Source: a virus
Lineage: Duplodnaviria; Heunggongvirae; Uroviricota; Caudoviricetes
Length of the DNA: 64,000 nucleotides
Reading direction: 5' to 3' (one strand)
Virus record (IMG/VR): IMGVR_UViG_3300037453_000505
The notes beneath the pieces were generated by a model that did not search any database, was not told the DNA's origin, and saw only the letters and a program-made list of their open reading frames with translations. The position numbers were made by a program, and so were the translations under genes. Below, in pieces: positions 10,877-20,030 of this stretch. Within the stretch, counting starts at the first letter, position 1; each line of letters opens with the position of its first letter.

Positions 10877-10953
10877 AGGAGATTAGCTCAGATGGTTAGA
10901 GCACTTGTCTGATATGCAAGGTGTCACTGGTTCGATTCCAGTATCTCCTACCA
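10877..10953 (+). tRNA. tRNA-Ile (anticodon GAU).
   Basis: Acceptor aggagat/atctcct, D-arm gctc-agatggtta-gagc, anticodon loop ctGATat, T-arm actgg-ttcgatt-ccagt, encoded CCA. Confidence 0.75.
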
Positions 10954-10956
10954 TAT

Positions 10957-11028
10957 GTACCAGTAGCTCAATGGTAGAGCAGTTGGCTGTTAACCAATTG
11001 GTTATAGGTTCGAGCCCTATCTGGTGCG
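10957..11028 (+). tRNA. tRNA-Asn (anticodon GUU).
   Basis: Acceptor gtaccag/ctggtgc, D-arm gctc-aatggta-gagc, anticodon loop ctGTTaa, T-arm atagg-ttcgagc-cctat. Confidence 0.75.
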
Positions 11029-11035
11029 GGATATT

Positions 11036-11112
11036 GTGAGTGTAGCTCAATTAGTTAGAGCGCTTGTTTGTGGAACAAGAGGTTGGGAGTGCGATTCTCC
11101 TCACTCACCCCA
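11036..11112 (+). tRNA. tRNA-His (anticodon GUG); no G-1 is encoded in the genome.
   Basis: Perfect acceptor gtgagtg/cactcac with discriminator C and an encoded CCA. Anticodon loop ttGTGga. The base at position -1 is T. Confidence 0.7.
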
Positions 11113-11118
11113 ATTTAT

Positions 11119-11189
11119 GGCGGTATCGTTTTATGCAGGTAAGACGGCCTGGTAATGGCAGAAATGTGGTGCAAGTCCCTTTGCCGCCC
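11119..11189 (+). ncRNA. tRNA-sized structured element of unresolved identity; possibly a degenerate or atypical tRNA.
   Basis: A 7-bp terminal stem ggcggta/tgccgcc encloses 57 nt with internal hairpins (gtttta-tgcagg-taagac; gcc-tggtaat-ggc). I could not fold a canonical D/anticodon/T cloverleaf by hand. It sits between tRNA-His and tRNA-Arg. Confidence 0.3.
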
Positions 11190-11193
11190 CTAT

Positions 11194-11267
11194 GTCCCCA
11201 TAGCATAATTGGATAATGCAACAGCCTTCTAAGCTGTGGATTGGTGGTTCGAGCCCACCTGGGGATA
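11194..11267 (+). tRNA. tRNA-Arg (anticodon UCU).
   Basis: Acceptor gtcccca/tggggat, D-arm gcat-aattggata-atgc, anticodon stem acagc/gctgt with loop ctTCTaa, T-arm ggtgg-ttcgagc-ccacc. Confidence 0.75.
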
Positions 11268-11290
11268 ATTTAGATTTAATTATTATAAAA

Positions 11291-13471
11291 ATGAGAACAT
11301 TACTATTATTTAGATGAGCACCTTGATGTGGAAAGTCTACATTTATAAAAGAACATTGATTAGAACCATACACTTTATGTGCAGATACTTTTAGAATGTT
11401 GTATTCTTCTCCTACATTATATGTAAATGGAGAGGTACATATTCCACAAAATGTAAATGGTGTCGCTTGGGATAACTTATTCTCTTGTCTAGAATATAGA
11501 ATGCAAAATGGAGAGTTTACAGTTATCGATGCTACAAATTCTAAAACTGTGGAGATGAATAAATATAAGAAACTAGCTGATGAATATAGATATAGACTTT
11601 ACATTGTCGATATGACAGATATTCCTATCGAAGAAGTAAAGAGAAGGAACAAACTTAGACCAGAATGGAAATGGGTACCAGAAGAAGCTATTGATAATAT
11701 GTACTCTAGATTTTCTACACAAAAAATTCCTAGCTGAATTAAAGTAATCAAACCAGAAGAGGTAAATGATTTATTAAGATGGAGAGCTGTAGAAATTCCA
11801 GACACATATAAAGAGGTAGTACACATAGGAGATATCCATTGATGTTATGAAACATTAATGTCTGCTCTACCTAATGGAATTGAAGAAGATAAATTCTATA
11901 TATTCCTATGAGATTATTATGAAAGAGGTCCAGAAGATGTAAAGACTTTAGACTTTATGGAAAGTATAATAGATTTGCCTAATGTTGTATGTCTAGAATG
12001 AAATCACGAAACTCATTTATGGACTTACGGTATAGGTAAAATCCCTAGAAGTAAACACTTTATGGGATATACTGTGAATGAATTAATCGAATGAGGATGG
12101 GATGCAAAAAGAATGAGAATATTTATGAAGAAATTACTTCAATGTTATTACTATACTTTCAAAGGTAAAACTGTTTTATGTACTCATTGATGAATAAGTA
12201 ATTCTAATTTTGAAGAATTGTTCCCATTAGGGTTAACTTGTCTTGCTACAATAGATTTAATTCATTGAGTAGGTTCTTACAATGATACTTGAGAATGTGA
12301 CAGTAACTTTGCTAAAGGAGATATATTAAGCTGTCACTGACATAGAAATATTGAAGATAAACAAATAGAATGAATAGCTAACCTAGAATGATGAGTTGAA
12401 TGGGGAAAAGAATTAAGAGTTGCTATACTAAATGATAAATTAGAAATAGTTAAATATCCATACAAAGATAGAATACCTTCTAAAGAAGAATTCTTCTGAG
12501 TGAAACAAGATATAACTGTGAAACAATTTATTGAGAGCTTAAGAAAAAATAAGTATATCAATGAAAAAAATGTGCAGTGAAATATAAGTAGCTTTAACTT
12601 TACTAGATGAGCTTTTAGCAGAAGCCATTGGGATAGAGAAACAGTTAAGGCTAGATGATTATTCATTAATACTAATACCTATAAGATAGTTGCTAGAGCT
12701 TATAATAAGTTCTTCAATGTAGATGAACAAAAGAGCACAATGCTATTTAGTATAGGACAAAATGCTCACTTCCCTATCGTTGGGTATAAGAAATATAATG
12801 GGTATTTGTGAATAATTTGATACGATGAAGAAAGTGATGAGTTAGTATTCACAAGTAAATCTGAAGTGGGTTGACCTCACGCTCAACGACTTAAAGAAAT
12901 AGTTATAGAGAAAGGTATAGACTTAGATAAGGTAAAAGACTATTTAAAAGAAAACTTTTGTTCATTAGTCTTTGAGGTAATTGACCCTGTGAATGATGCA
13001 CATATTATTAAGTATACTGAAAGAGATGTAATTCTATTAGATTGTGTAAAGAATACTATTAACTTTGAGAAACTAGATTATAATAGTCTATTAAAGTTAG
13101 GAGAAATACTTTGATTCACAGTGAAAGAAAAGTTAGTAGAGTTAAAAGATATGGTGGAGCTAAGAGAATGTATAGATGAATTACTTAATCCTAATTCAGA
13201 ATACAATACTTGAACTCCTATTGAATGAATGGTATTTGTTGACAAAGATGACTTTATGTTTAAGCAGAAATGAGAATACTATCAGCAATGGAAAAAACTT
13301 AGAGCTTTGATATGAGTAGTAGCAAGATGACAAAACTTTACTCATACTTGAATGTTGACAAATCCAGAGATGAATGAGTTCTATTGATGGTTAAAGGAAC
13401 AGGCTTTAACTTGAGAAGAAAACATTATAGAGCTTAGAGATAAGTTCTATACTAACAAAGCTATGATTAGC
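11291..13471 (+). CDS. Trifunctional Pnkp-like RNA end-healing and sealing enzyme with kinase, metallophosphoesterase and ligase domains.
   Basis: About 727 aa under code 25. The N-terminus carries a P-loop, LLLFRGAPGCGKST, with the first Gly encoded by TGA, and VIDATN, which is kinase-like (compare T4 Pnk). The middle region has GDIHGCYETL...FLGDYYERGPEDVKTL...CLEGNHE, the calcineurin-like phosphoesterase motifs GDxHG / GDxxDRG / GNHE. The C-terminus has ligase motifs I (KYNGYLG), III (SLVFEVIDP), IV (EGMVFVDK) and V (FMFKQKGEYY). This is the domain order of bacterial Pnkp. Confidence 0.7.
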
Positions 13472-13604
13472 TAACATAGGGAGTCGTCCACCTAGGCACG
13501 GACGGATAATGTGGGGTATCACACTGTAAATATTGGCTTTAGTATTAGTAATGCGAAGTACAAACATTATGAGTAGTAAGGTTGATATGATATATCTCCC
13601 CTTT

Positions 13605-13677
13605 GGCGGGGAAGTCCAACGGTAGTGGCGTTGTCGGCTATAGACAAAGGTTGTTGGTTCGAATCCAACACCCGCCG
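13605..13677 (+). tRNA. tRNA with a CUA-type anticodon loop (ggCTAta, which would read TAG). The loop has an atypical G32-G33, so the identity is uncertain.
   Basis: Acceptor ggcgggg/acccgcc (6 of 7 pairs). D-arm gtc-aacggtag-ggc. Anticodon stem ttgtc/gacaa with loop ggctata. T-arm gttgg-ttcgaat-ccaac. No CCA is encoded. Confidence 0.45.
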
Positions 13678-13771
13678 AGGAGGAGTTTGAAAAATGTGTA
13701 AAATATGTATCAAAATAACTTGAAAAATGTGTAAAATGTATGCTATTTTATATTGAAAAATGTGGGACAGA

Positions 13772-14100
13772 TGGAGAAACTTATAGAGTTATTGAATGAA
13801 TATATCAATAAAACAATTCTGCCTTATGATAGAGGTGCTGAATGTATTAAATTTGAAAATGGTTTTTTCTATTTCAGAGATTGAGATTGTTTAATAGAAG
13901 ATACCATAATCTCAAACCGTTATTGATTTATCAAGTGGCTAGTAGATAATGATAAGATAAAAATACCTCACGAATTAGATGAATTACCAGCTATGTATTG
14001 ATATGATTATGATAGTGTAGAATGTAAAGCAGATAGATTACTAATGCTACTATCAATATCTAGTTCGCCGATAGATGATTTAATTAGTTATTTAAAATAA
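13772..14100 (+). CDS. Hypothetical protein.
   Basis: Continuous code-25 ORF: MEKLIELLNEYINKTILPYDRGAECIKFENGFFYFRDGDCLIEDTIISNRYGFIKWLVDNDKIKIPHELDELPAMYGYDYDSVECKADRLLMLLSISSSPIDDLISYLK. Confidence 0.35.
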
Positions 14101-14101
14101 A

Positions 14102-14293
14102 ATGCAATACACTAAAGAATGAACTATTGAAGTAAGGGAAGATATTTTTAATCAGCTTAGAGCTGAGAATGATTTGCTTACTCAAGAGAATAGAGAGCTT
14201 AGGAATATGCTAGAGCTTGCCATTAGATTATGTGAGAGATGGTCTCAAATTACTATCGAAAAATGAAACCTTTTAGATACTTATTTAAAATAA
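14102..14293 (+). CDS. Small coiled-coil protein.
   Basis: MQYTKEGTIEVREDIFNQLRAENDLLTQENRELRNMLELAIRLCERWSQ... Confidence 0.3.
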
Positions 14294-14298
14294 CAATG

Positions 14299-14517
14299 TA
14301 TATTCCAAACACACCAAAGATTGCCGAGCCGCAATCTGAAGAGCTAGCAAATGCTCTAGCCGAAAATCAAAGGCTCAAGAAAGAATTAGAACTTGCTAGA
14401 ATCAGAGATGAGAATAGGAGAATGCAAGAGGAAATTAATAGACTTAATTGGCCAGATAAATTGTGGCCATATACCGACCCATATACTCCTAATATTATTT
14501 ATTGTGCTAATACCTAA
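14299..14517 (+). CDS. Small coiled-coil protein.
   Basis: The ORF-track fragment 14239..14517 has a likely start at MYIPNTPKIAEPQSEELANALAENQRLKKELELARIRDENRRMQEEINRL... Confidence 0.3.
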   Translation, partial: YIPNTPKIAEPQSEELANALAENQRLKKELELARIRDENRRMQEEINRLNWPDKLWPYTDPYTPNIIYCANT

Positions 14518-14664
14518 TAAAATGATTTGAGATATATTCTTTACTTTATGGTTATTCTCTCTTATGGTTATAACCATAATAGGTTGATTGGTCGCTATAG
14601 ATTGTATGGCATTAGATTGAATAATTACGGACGTAATAAAATCTAAACTTAGAAAATGGGCTAA

Positions 14665-14699
14665 TAAAAATAAATAATTTTATTTATTAATTATATTAC
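14665..14699 (+). promoter_or_regulatory. Conserved AT-rich motif AATAATTTTATTTATTAATTATATTACT immediately before an ATG; copy 1 of 3.
   Basis: Near-identical sequence recurs at 14868..14902 and 15153..15180, each time directly upstream of a small membrane-protein gene. Confidence 0.45.
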
Positions 14700-14879
14700 T
14701 ATGTGACTAATACTTTGAATTTTTCTTACTATACTAGCAATAATTCTTATTGTAGGATTTCTTTCTACGATATTTGTAATAGTCGACTTGGGACTTTTTG
14801 ATGGGGAACTATCAGAGCTCATACAGGATAGAGCTAAAGAATGGCTACATAAAAAATTAGATAAAGAATAATTTTATTT
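14700..14879 (+). CDS. Small single-pass membrane protein (59 aa).
   Basis: MGLILGIFLTILAIILIVGFLSTIFVIVDLGLFDGELSELIQDRAKEWLHKKLDKE: a hydrophobic helix followed by a charged tail. Confidence 0.45.
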
Positions 14880-14902
14880 CTTAATTATATTACTATGGAT
14901 AT
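14868..14902 (+). promoter_or_regulatory. Conserved AT-rich upstream motif; copy 2 of 3.
   Basis: aataattttatttcttaattatattact directly before an ATG. Confidence 0.45.
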
Positions 14903-15154
14903 AGGATGAATTGTATTATTGTGTCTTCTAGTAGGAGTAGTTGCATTTGTAATAGGGGCAATAGTTACAGCCGAGGGTTTAAAGAACTTATTTTGTAGGC
15001 ACGATTGGGAAGAAGTTTACAAAGCTAATAGTTACCAAAAAGAAGGAGATATAGAGAAAGGACTAACTAATTGAGTTGACATTGGGTTTGTTTGTAAAAA
15101 ATGTAAAGCAGTAAAAAGAAGCTCGGTAACATTCTACCCAATAGAAGATAGATA
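14903..15154 (+). CDS. Small membrane protein with a C-terminal CxxC...CxxC zinc ribbon.
   Basis: MDIGGIVLLCLLVGVVAFVIGAIVTAEGLKNLFCRHDWEEV...GFVCKKCKAVKRSSVTFYPIEDR. Confidence 0.45.
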
Positions 15155-15180
15155 ATTTTATTTCTTAATTATATCACTAT
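15153..15180 (+). promoter_or_regulatory. Conserved AT-rich upstream motif; copy 3 of 3.
   Basis: ataattttatttcttaattatatcact directly before an ATG. Confidence 0.45.
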
Positions 15181-15341
15181 GTGTGAAGACTGCTGAAGTG
15201 GACCTATAATAGGGATTATAATTGTTTCATTACTTTTCTTATTTATTGTGATTAACCTTGCTACAGATTTGGAACTTAGTGAATGGATAAGCGATTGGCT
15301 TAAAAGTTGGATAAGGAAATTGCCTCATCCTAAATATTAGT
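15181..15341 (+). CDS. Small membrane protein.
   Basis: MCEDCGSGPIIGIIIVSLLFLFIVINLATDLELSEWISDWLKSWIRKLPHPKY. Confidence 0.4.
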
Positions 15342-15366
15342 TTTTATATTTTTACCAATATATATT

Positions 15367-16152
15367 ATGAAAAGTTTTGTTTGGAGTATTGTTATACTCT
15401 TGTTAGTAATCTGTGGTTTTAACTCTTGGTTTGTAGTTGAGCCAGGTTATAATTGATTTACTGTTACCTTGGGTAAAGTAAATAGTACCGTTTATACAGA
15501 TGGATTACATTTTAAAACTCCTTTTATTACTAAGTCTGTAAAGTATAACATTCAGACACAAAAGTTAGATGCTGTAGCAGATGCAAGTAGTAAAGACTTA
15601 CAGAGTGTAGCCGCTGCAATTGTAGTTAACTACAAATTCAAAGAAGATGAGGTAGTTAAACTTTATAAGAATGTAGGTAAAGAAGATAAAGTAGCAGAAA
15701 AGATTATCACTCCTGCTATTCAAGAAGTGTTTAAAGCAGTTGTTGCTAAATATTCAGCAGAGCAATTGATTACTGAAAGAAGTGATGTGTCTAAAAACAT
15801 TGAAGAAGCATTGAATAAAAGACTTGAACCATATGGAGTTCAAATTCAACTATTTAATATCGTAAACTTTAACTTTAGTAAATCATTTAACGATGCAATT
15901 GAAGCTAAGGTAACTGCTGAACAGAATGCTCTTGCTGAGAAGAATAAGCTAGAGAAGGTTAAGTATGAAGCTGACCAAAAAGTTGTAGCCGCTGAAGCTC
16001 AAGCTAAGGCTATTGAAATTCAAGCTAAAGCTATTCAGAACCAATGAGGTGAAGAATATGTAAAGCTTAAATGGATTGAAAGATGGGACGGTAAACTACC
16101 TGTAACTATTGCCTGAGAAGATACTTCTTTTATTATGATGATGGATAAATAA
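15367..16152 (+). CDS. SPFH/band-7 (prohibitin-, stomatin- or HflC-like) membrane protein.
   Basis: N-terminal TM segment (MKSFVWSIVILLLVICGF). The core ...TVYTDGLHFKTPFITKSVKYNIQTQKLD...ITPAIQEVFKAVVAKYSAEQLITERSDVSKNIEEALNKRLEPYGVQIQLFNIVNFNFSKSFNDAIEAKVTAEQNALAEKNKLEKVKYEADQK... is SPFH-like with a coiled-coil tail. The ORF-track fragment 15469..16047 is the central part. Confidence 0.6.
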
Positions 16153-16546
16153 TGAAACGATTTAAGCCATTCACTCCAAGCTATAGAAAAAAGCATAAAT
16201 GGACTAGCTTTCGAGAGCATAGGATGGAAGAACTAGCAGAAATAAATTGAGAGTATGTTTATGTTAAAGAGAAATATGGTAGGATGGATTACTCATTTAT
16301 GTGATGAGTTAGTGATATCCTAGAAGAAACAATGGAAGATTATGAAGCTCTTAGTGAAGAGAGTTGTATGTATTGCAATAGACATTGTAAACAATATTGG
16401 ACACACGAAGACAGTTGGGTTATTCACCTCTGTCTTCCCTGTCTAATAGGGGACAAAATTACTATTTTACTTGAAAAGATTATCACTCGATGGGAAAAGA
16501 GAAACGACAGAAGTGGTTGATATATCTCATTTACATCTGCATAGGA
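16152..16546 (+). CDS. Hypothetical Cys-rich (zinc-binding-like) protein.
   Basis: ...EESCMYCNRHCKQYWTHEDSWVIHLCLPCLIGDKITI... The ORF-track fragment 16332..16520 is extended upstream through TGA codons. Confidence 0.35.
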
Positions 16547-16600
16547 GAGATTATTCTCTTCTGTGCTTGGTGGTATTATGAGATTAATTTTGTTAGCTAA

Positions 16601-16674
16601 AGGTACGTGGTGTAATGGTAGCACAGGAGCCTCCAAAACTCTTAGATTAGGTTCAATTCCTAGCGTACTTGCCA
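16601..16674 (+). tRNA. tRNA-Trp (anticodon CCA).
   Basis: Acceptor aggtacg/cgtactt (one G-U pair) with discriminator G and an encoded CCA. D-arm gtgt-aatggta-gcac. Anticodon loop ctCCAaa. T-arm ttagg-ttcaatt-cctag. Confidence 0.65.
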
Positions 16675-16697
16675 TTTATATTTATACAAAAACAAAA

Positions 16698-17672
16698 ATG
16701 AAAGTATTATCCCTATTCGATTGAATAGCTTGTGGGTATGAAGCTTTAAATAGAGCTTGAATACCTATCGAAGTTTACTATGCTAGTGAAATTGATAAGC
16801 ACGCAATTAAGGTAGCGACCACAAACCATCCAGACATTATTGAAATTGGTGATGTGTGTGAAGTAAAATGAGAAGACTATCAATGAGTTGACCTAGTTAT
16901 AGGTTGAAGTCCTTGTCAATGATTTAGTATGGCGGGTAAGATGTTAAACTTTAACGACCCCAGGAGTAAGCTATTCTTTGAATTCGTTAGATTAGTTAAA
17001 GAAGTAAAACCTAAATACTTTCTCTTAGAAAATGTGAAGATGAAGAAAGACTTTATCAATATCATTAATGAGCAATTATGGGGAATAACTCCTATAGAAA
17101 TTAATTCTGCTTTAGTGAGTGCTCAAAATAGAAAGAGATTATATTGGGTTGGTAAACTTCAAGAAGATGGGACTTATACTAAGGTAGAAATACCCCAACC
17201 AGAAGATAAATGAATTACATTGAAAGATATTCTACAAGAAGATGTAGATGAAAAATATATTTTAACACAAAAACAAGTTGATATGATTGCTAATTGGGGA
17301 TGATTTGAAGACCCAATCGCTAGTATCAAATGACCAGATGATAAGATGTGAACTCTCACTACACACTGTGGCAAGATGTCTAATGGGATTAAACTAATTA
17401 GATGAAGACCTATAATGCCATATGAACCAGGGCATAGAAGATTAAAATACACAACTTATATAGATAAATGTCCTACTCTTACTACAACTTGTGCTAGTGG
17501 AGACCAAAAGAATGTGGTATTAAATGGAGATGTAATTAGAAAATTGACACCTATAGAATGCGAGAGATTACAAACATTGCCAGACAATTATACTTCTGCC
17601 GCAAGTGACACACAAAGATATATCCAACTTTGAAATGGCTGGACGTGCGATATAATAGCACACATATTTAGT
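16698..17672 (+). CDS. DNA (cytosine-5)-methyltransferase.
   Basis: Motif I LFDGIACG (FxGxG). Motif IV GGSPCQGFS (PCQ, with the first G encoded by TGA). An ENV motif is present. AQNRKRLYWVG is QxRxR-like. The C-terminal PIECERLQTLPDNYT matches the conserved end of C5-MTases. About 324 aa under code 25. Confidence 0.75.
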
Positions 17673-17689
17673 TACTTAAAGTAGCAAAG

Positions 17690-18331
17690 ATGAGACTACA
17701 AGACACATATACAAATGAAGAGGCATTCTCAAAAATATTTATGAAGAATAACGTGAGAATTACTGTGTGGAGACATTACCCAACTGCCCTTTGCCCAGAG
17801 AGGTATTGTTGACATATACAATATCATAGCAGAGATGGTAAAGATTATCTTTGGAATATTCCTTGACCAGATTTATATACAATCCTACCAGACCTCGCTA
17901 GAGATATGAACCAAGATGTAGCTATAGTTATTTATGAAGCTCTATGAGAATGGTTTAATGAAACGTTATATCAATTTCAAATGGGCGACTGACTTATTGC
18001 TGAAGGTATAGTTACTCTTACAAATTGTTGTCAAATAATGTTTCCTCCAAAAGAAGACTTTAGTGCAGAGTTACAACTAATTGAGGCAGAAAAAGGTAGG
18101 ATAACTACAACTACTGATATTTGAGGAACATTTTATTATGCTCAAAGGCATCCTACTCGTGATGATTATAGACATAGAATCGCTGAAGCTTATAGATGAG
18201 ATGACTCTTTAGGTGCTTGGCTTAGCAATAGAAGCCCGACTGATATTCAGTATATGACAAGTGAAGAATATGAGAGAGCTAGAGATGAAGGAAGGATAGA
18301 TAAAGACACATTGTATTTAATTACTAATTAA
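17690..18331 (+). CDS. Hypothetical protein.
   Basis: Continuous code-25 ORF: MRLQDTYTNEEAFSKIFMKNNVRITVWRHYPTALCPERYCGHIQYHSRDGKDYLWN... Confidence 0.3.
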
Positions 18332-18339
18332 TTATACTT

Positions 18340-18672
18340 ATGAGAATTCAAAAAGAATCCCTTATCGATGAGGATTTTATCATCGATAGTCTCGCTTGCC
18401 TGGCAGAGGATATAATAGACCTGAAAGATGGGCAAGAAGACATTGTTTCCTGTCTAATGACAAAGTCAGACATAGATATGAAACAAACAGATTTTATAAA
18501 GAAACTTAACGACGATGTAAAAAGTCTACATTGAAATCAGTTGAATCTTAGACTTAGACTAGGAGACCTCTCTGATGAGACAGAGGAATCACGCATTGGG
18601 CTTATTGTTTTTGGTGCAGTTATGGTAATATGGAATATAGTTTTATCAGCACTTATTGCAAATGTACTCTAA
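18340..18672 (+). CDS. Small protein with a C-terminal transmembrane helix.
   Basis: The ORF-track fragment 18340..18534 extends through a TGA into ...RIGLIVFGAVMVIWNIVLSALIANVL. Confidence 0.35.
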
Positions 18673-18684
18673 CAACTTTATAAG

Positions 18685-18888
18685 TATGGGCTTTGGTTGT
18701 TGCCATTGCCCATATTGTCGTCACGTACGGAAAAATAAATATGGGAAACGAAAGACTAATAAGAAATCTTCTTATTGGTGAAGCCTTCGTCCATATCAAT
18801 ACAAGAAAATAATTAAGAAACTTAGGCAGCACAAACACGATGAAGAGTTGCCTAATAGACTTTTTAATATTTTGCAATACACAGACTA
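18685..18888 (+). CDS. Small basic Cys-rich protein.
   Basis: MGFGCCHCPYCRHVRKNKYGKRKTNKKSSYWGSLRPYQYKKIIKKLRQHKHDEELPNRLFNILQYTD. Confidence 0.3.
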
Positions 18889-19439
18889 ATGAATAAATAC
18901 GAAGTAGAAAAAGCTGCTGAAGAATTAAACAGAATAGCAGGAATCCCTTGAAACGAAGGAAGGGCTATGGAATTAGCTAGAGCTTTAATAGCTCATTATA
19001 AGGGTGAAGATAAAAAGAAAGATGATAGTCAGTTAGAAATACCTTTTGATAAGGAATAGGTTATTAAAATCTGACAAAAATATATAATCTATATATAGGG
19101 ATTTTATTTCTTTACAATAGATTATATGTCGAAATGAGAAGAAATTATAAAAGAGCACTTCTACAGTAAAGAGGAAGTAGAAGAAGAAAAGGAAAGAGTT
19201 TGTGAGAAATGAATTGAAATTGAAAGCTGTAGAAAATGCTTATTTGAAACACTATGTCATTATGAGAAAATGTGCGAAGAAAATAAAGTTTGGAAAGGCG
19301 GAACTCTCTAGCCGTGAATAGGGGTGTACGCGCCAGCTCGGATTTAATCTGGAACTATTCTAAAGAGGAGAAAAGGATATGGTCGGCACCTTAATATACA
19401 AATTTGTATATTTTGGGAAGATTTAAATCTTAATCTATC

Positions 19440-20030
19440 GGATGACCAACAAACGATTAAAGCTTCTGATAGTTGTTATGACTATTATCTTAATATTTAT
19501 ATTAGGATATAATCAATGACATACAGAAGATATTATTATTGAGATGCAAGAATCTGTTGGTTCGGGAGAGGTTCTCACTTGAGAGACTACACCAAGTATA
19601 GAAGAAACAATTGTTTATACTTGGGAGATGACCGAGCAGAGACTTGCAGAACAGGTTGATAAACTTGTGGGGAATTACGATATTAGTTACACTATCGTAC
19701 ACGAATGCGCATCTAAAGTTGAGGACTATAAGAAGTGTATTCAAGATGTTGTATGAGTAAGCAATGCCGAATCATCAATATTCAAGAAGGGGATGTACCC
19801 ATCTAATAATGGCTTTTGATTAATGCAAAAAACTAAGAATGGATACATTAAAAGAAAGTTTTCTTCTGTAGAAGAAAGCATTAAGTACCGAGTGAATCTC
19901 TATTCAGAGAAAGAGTGGTATAAGAGAACGACCAGTCAAGCTCGGTTAGATTGAAAATATTGCACTAGTGAATGTAGTTGACGGAAGAAAAACTATTCTA
20001 GTGCTATCAAAAAACTTGAGCTAGACTAGT
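19440..20030 (+). CDS. Secreted or membrane-anchored protein (N-terminal signal/TM).
   Basis: MTNKRLKLLIVVMTIILIFILGYNQGHTEDIIIEMQESVGSGEVLTGETTPSIEETIVYTWEM... Confidence 0.35.

Noticed and set aside
11131-11373. 80-aa minus-strand ORF overlapping the tRNA cluster.
   Set aside because: It runs antisense through tRNA-His, the tRNA-like element and tRNA-Arg. It has no motif and only fortuitous openness.
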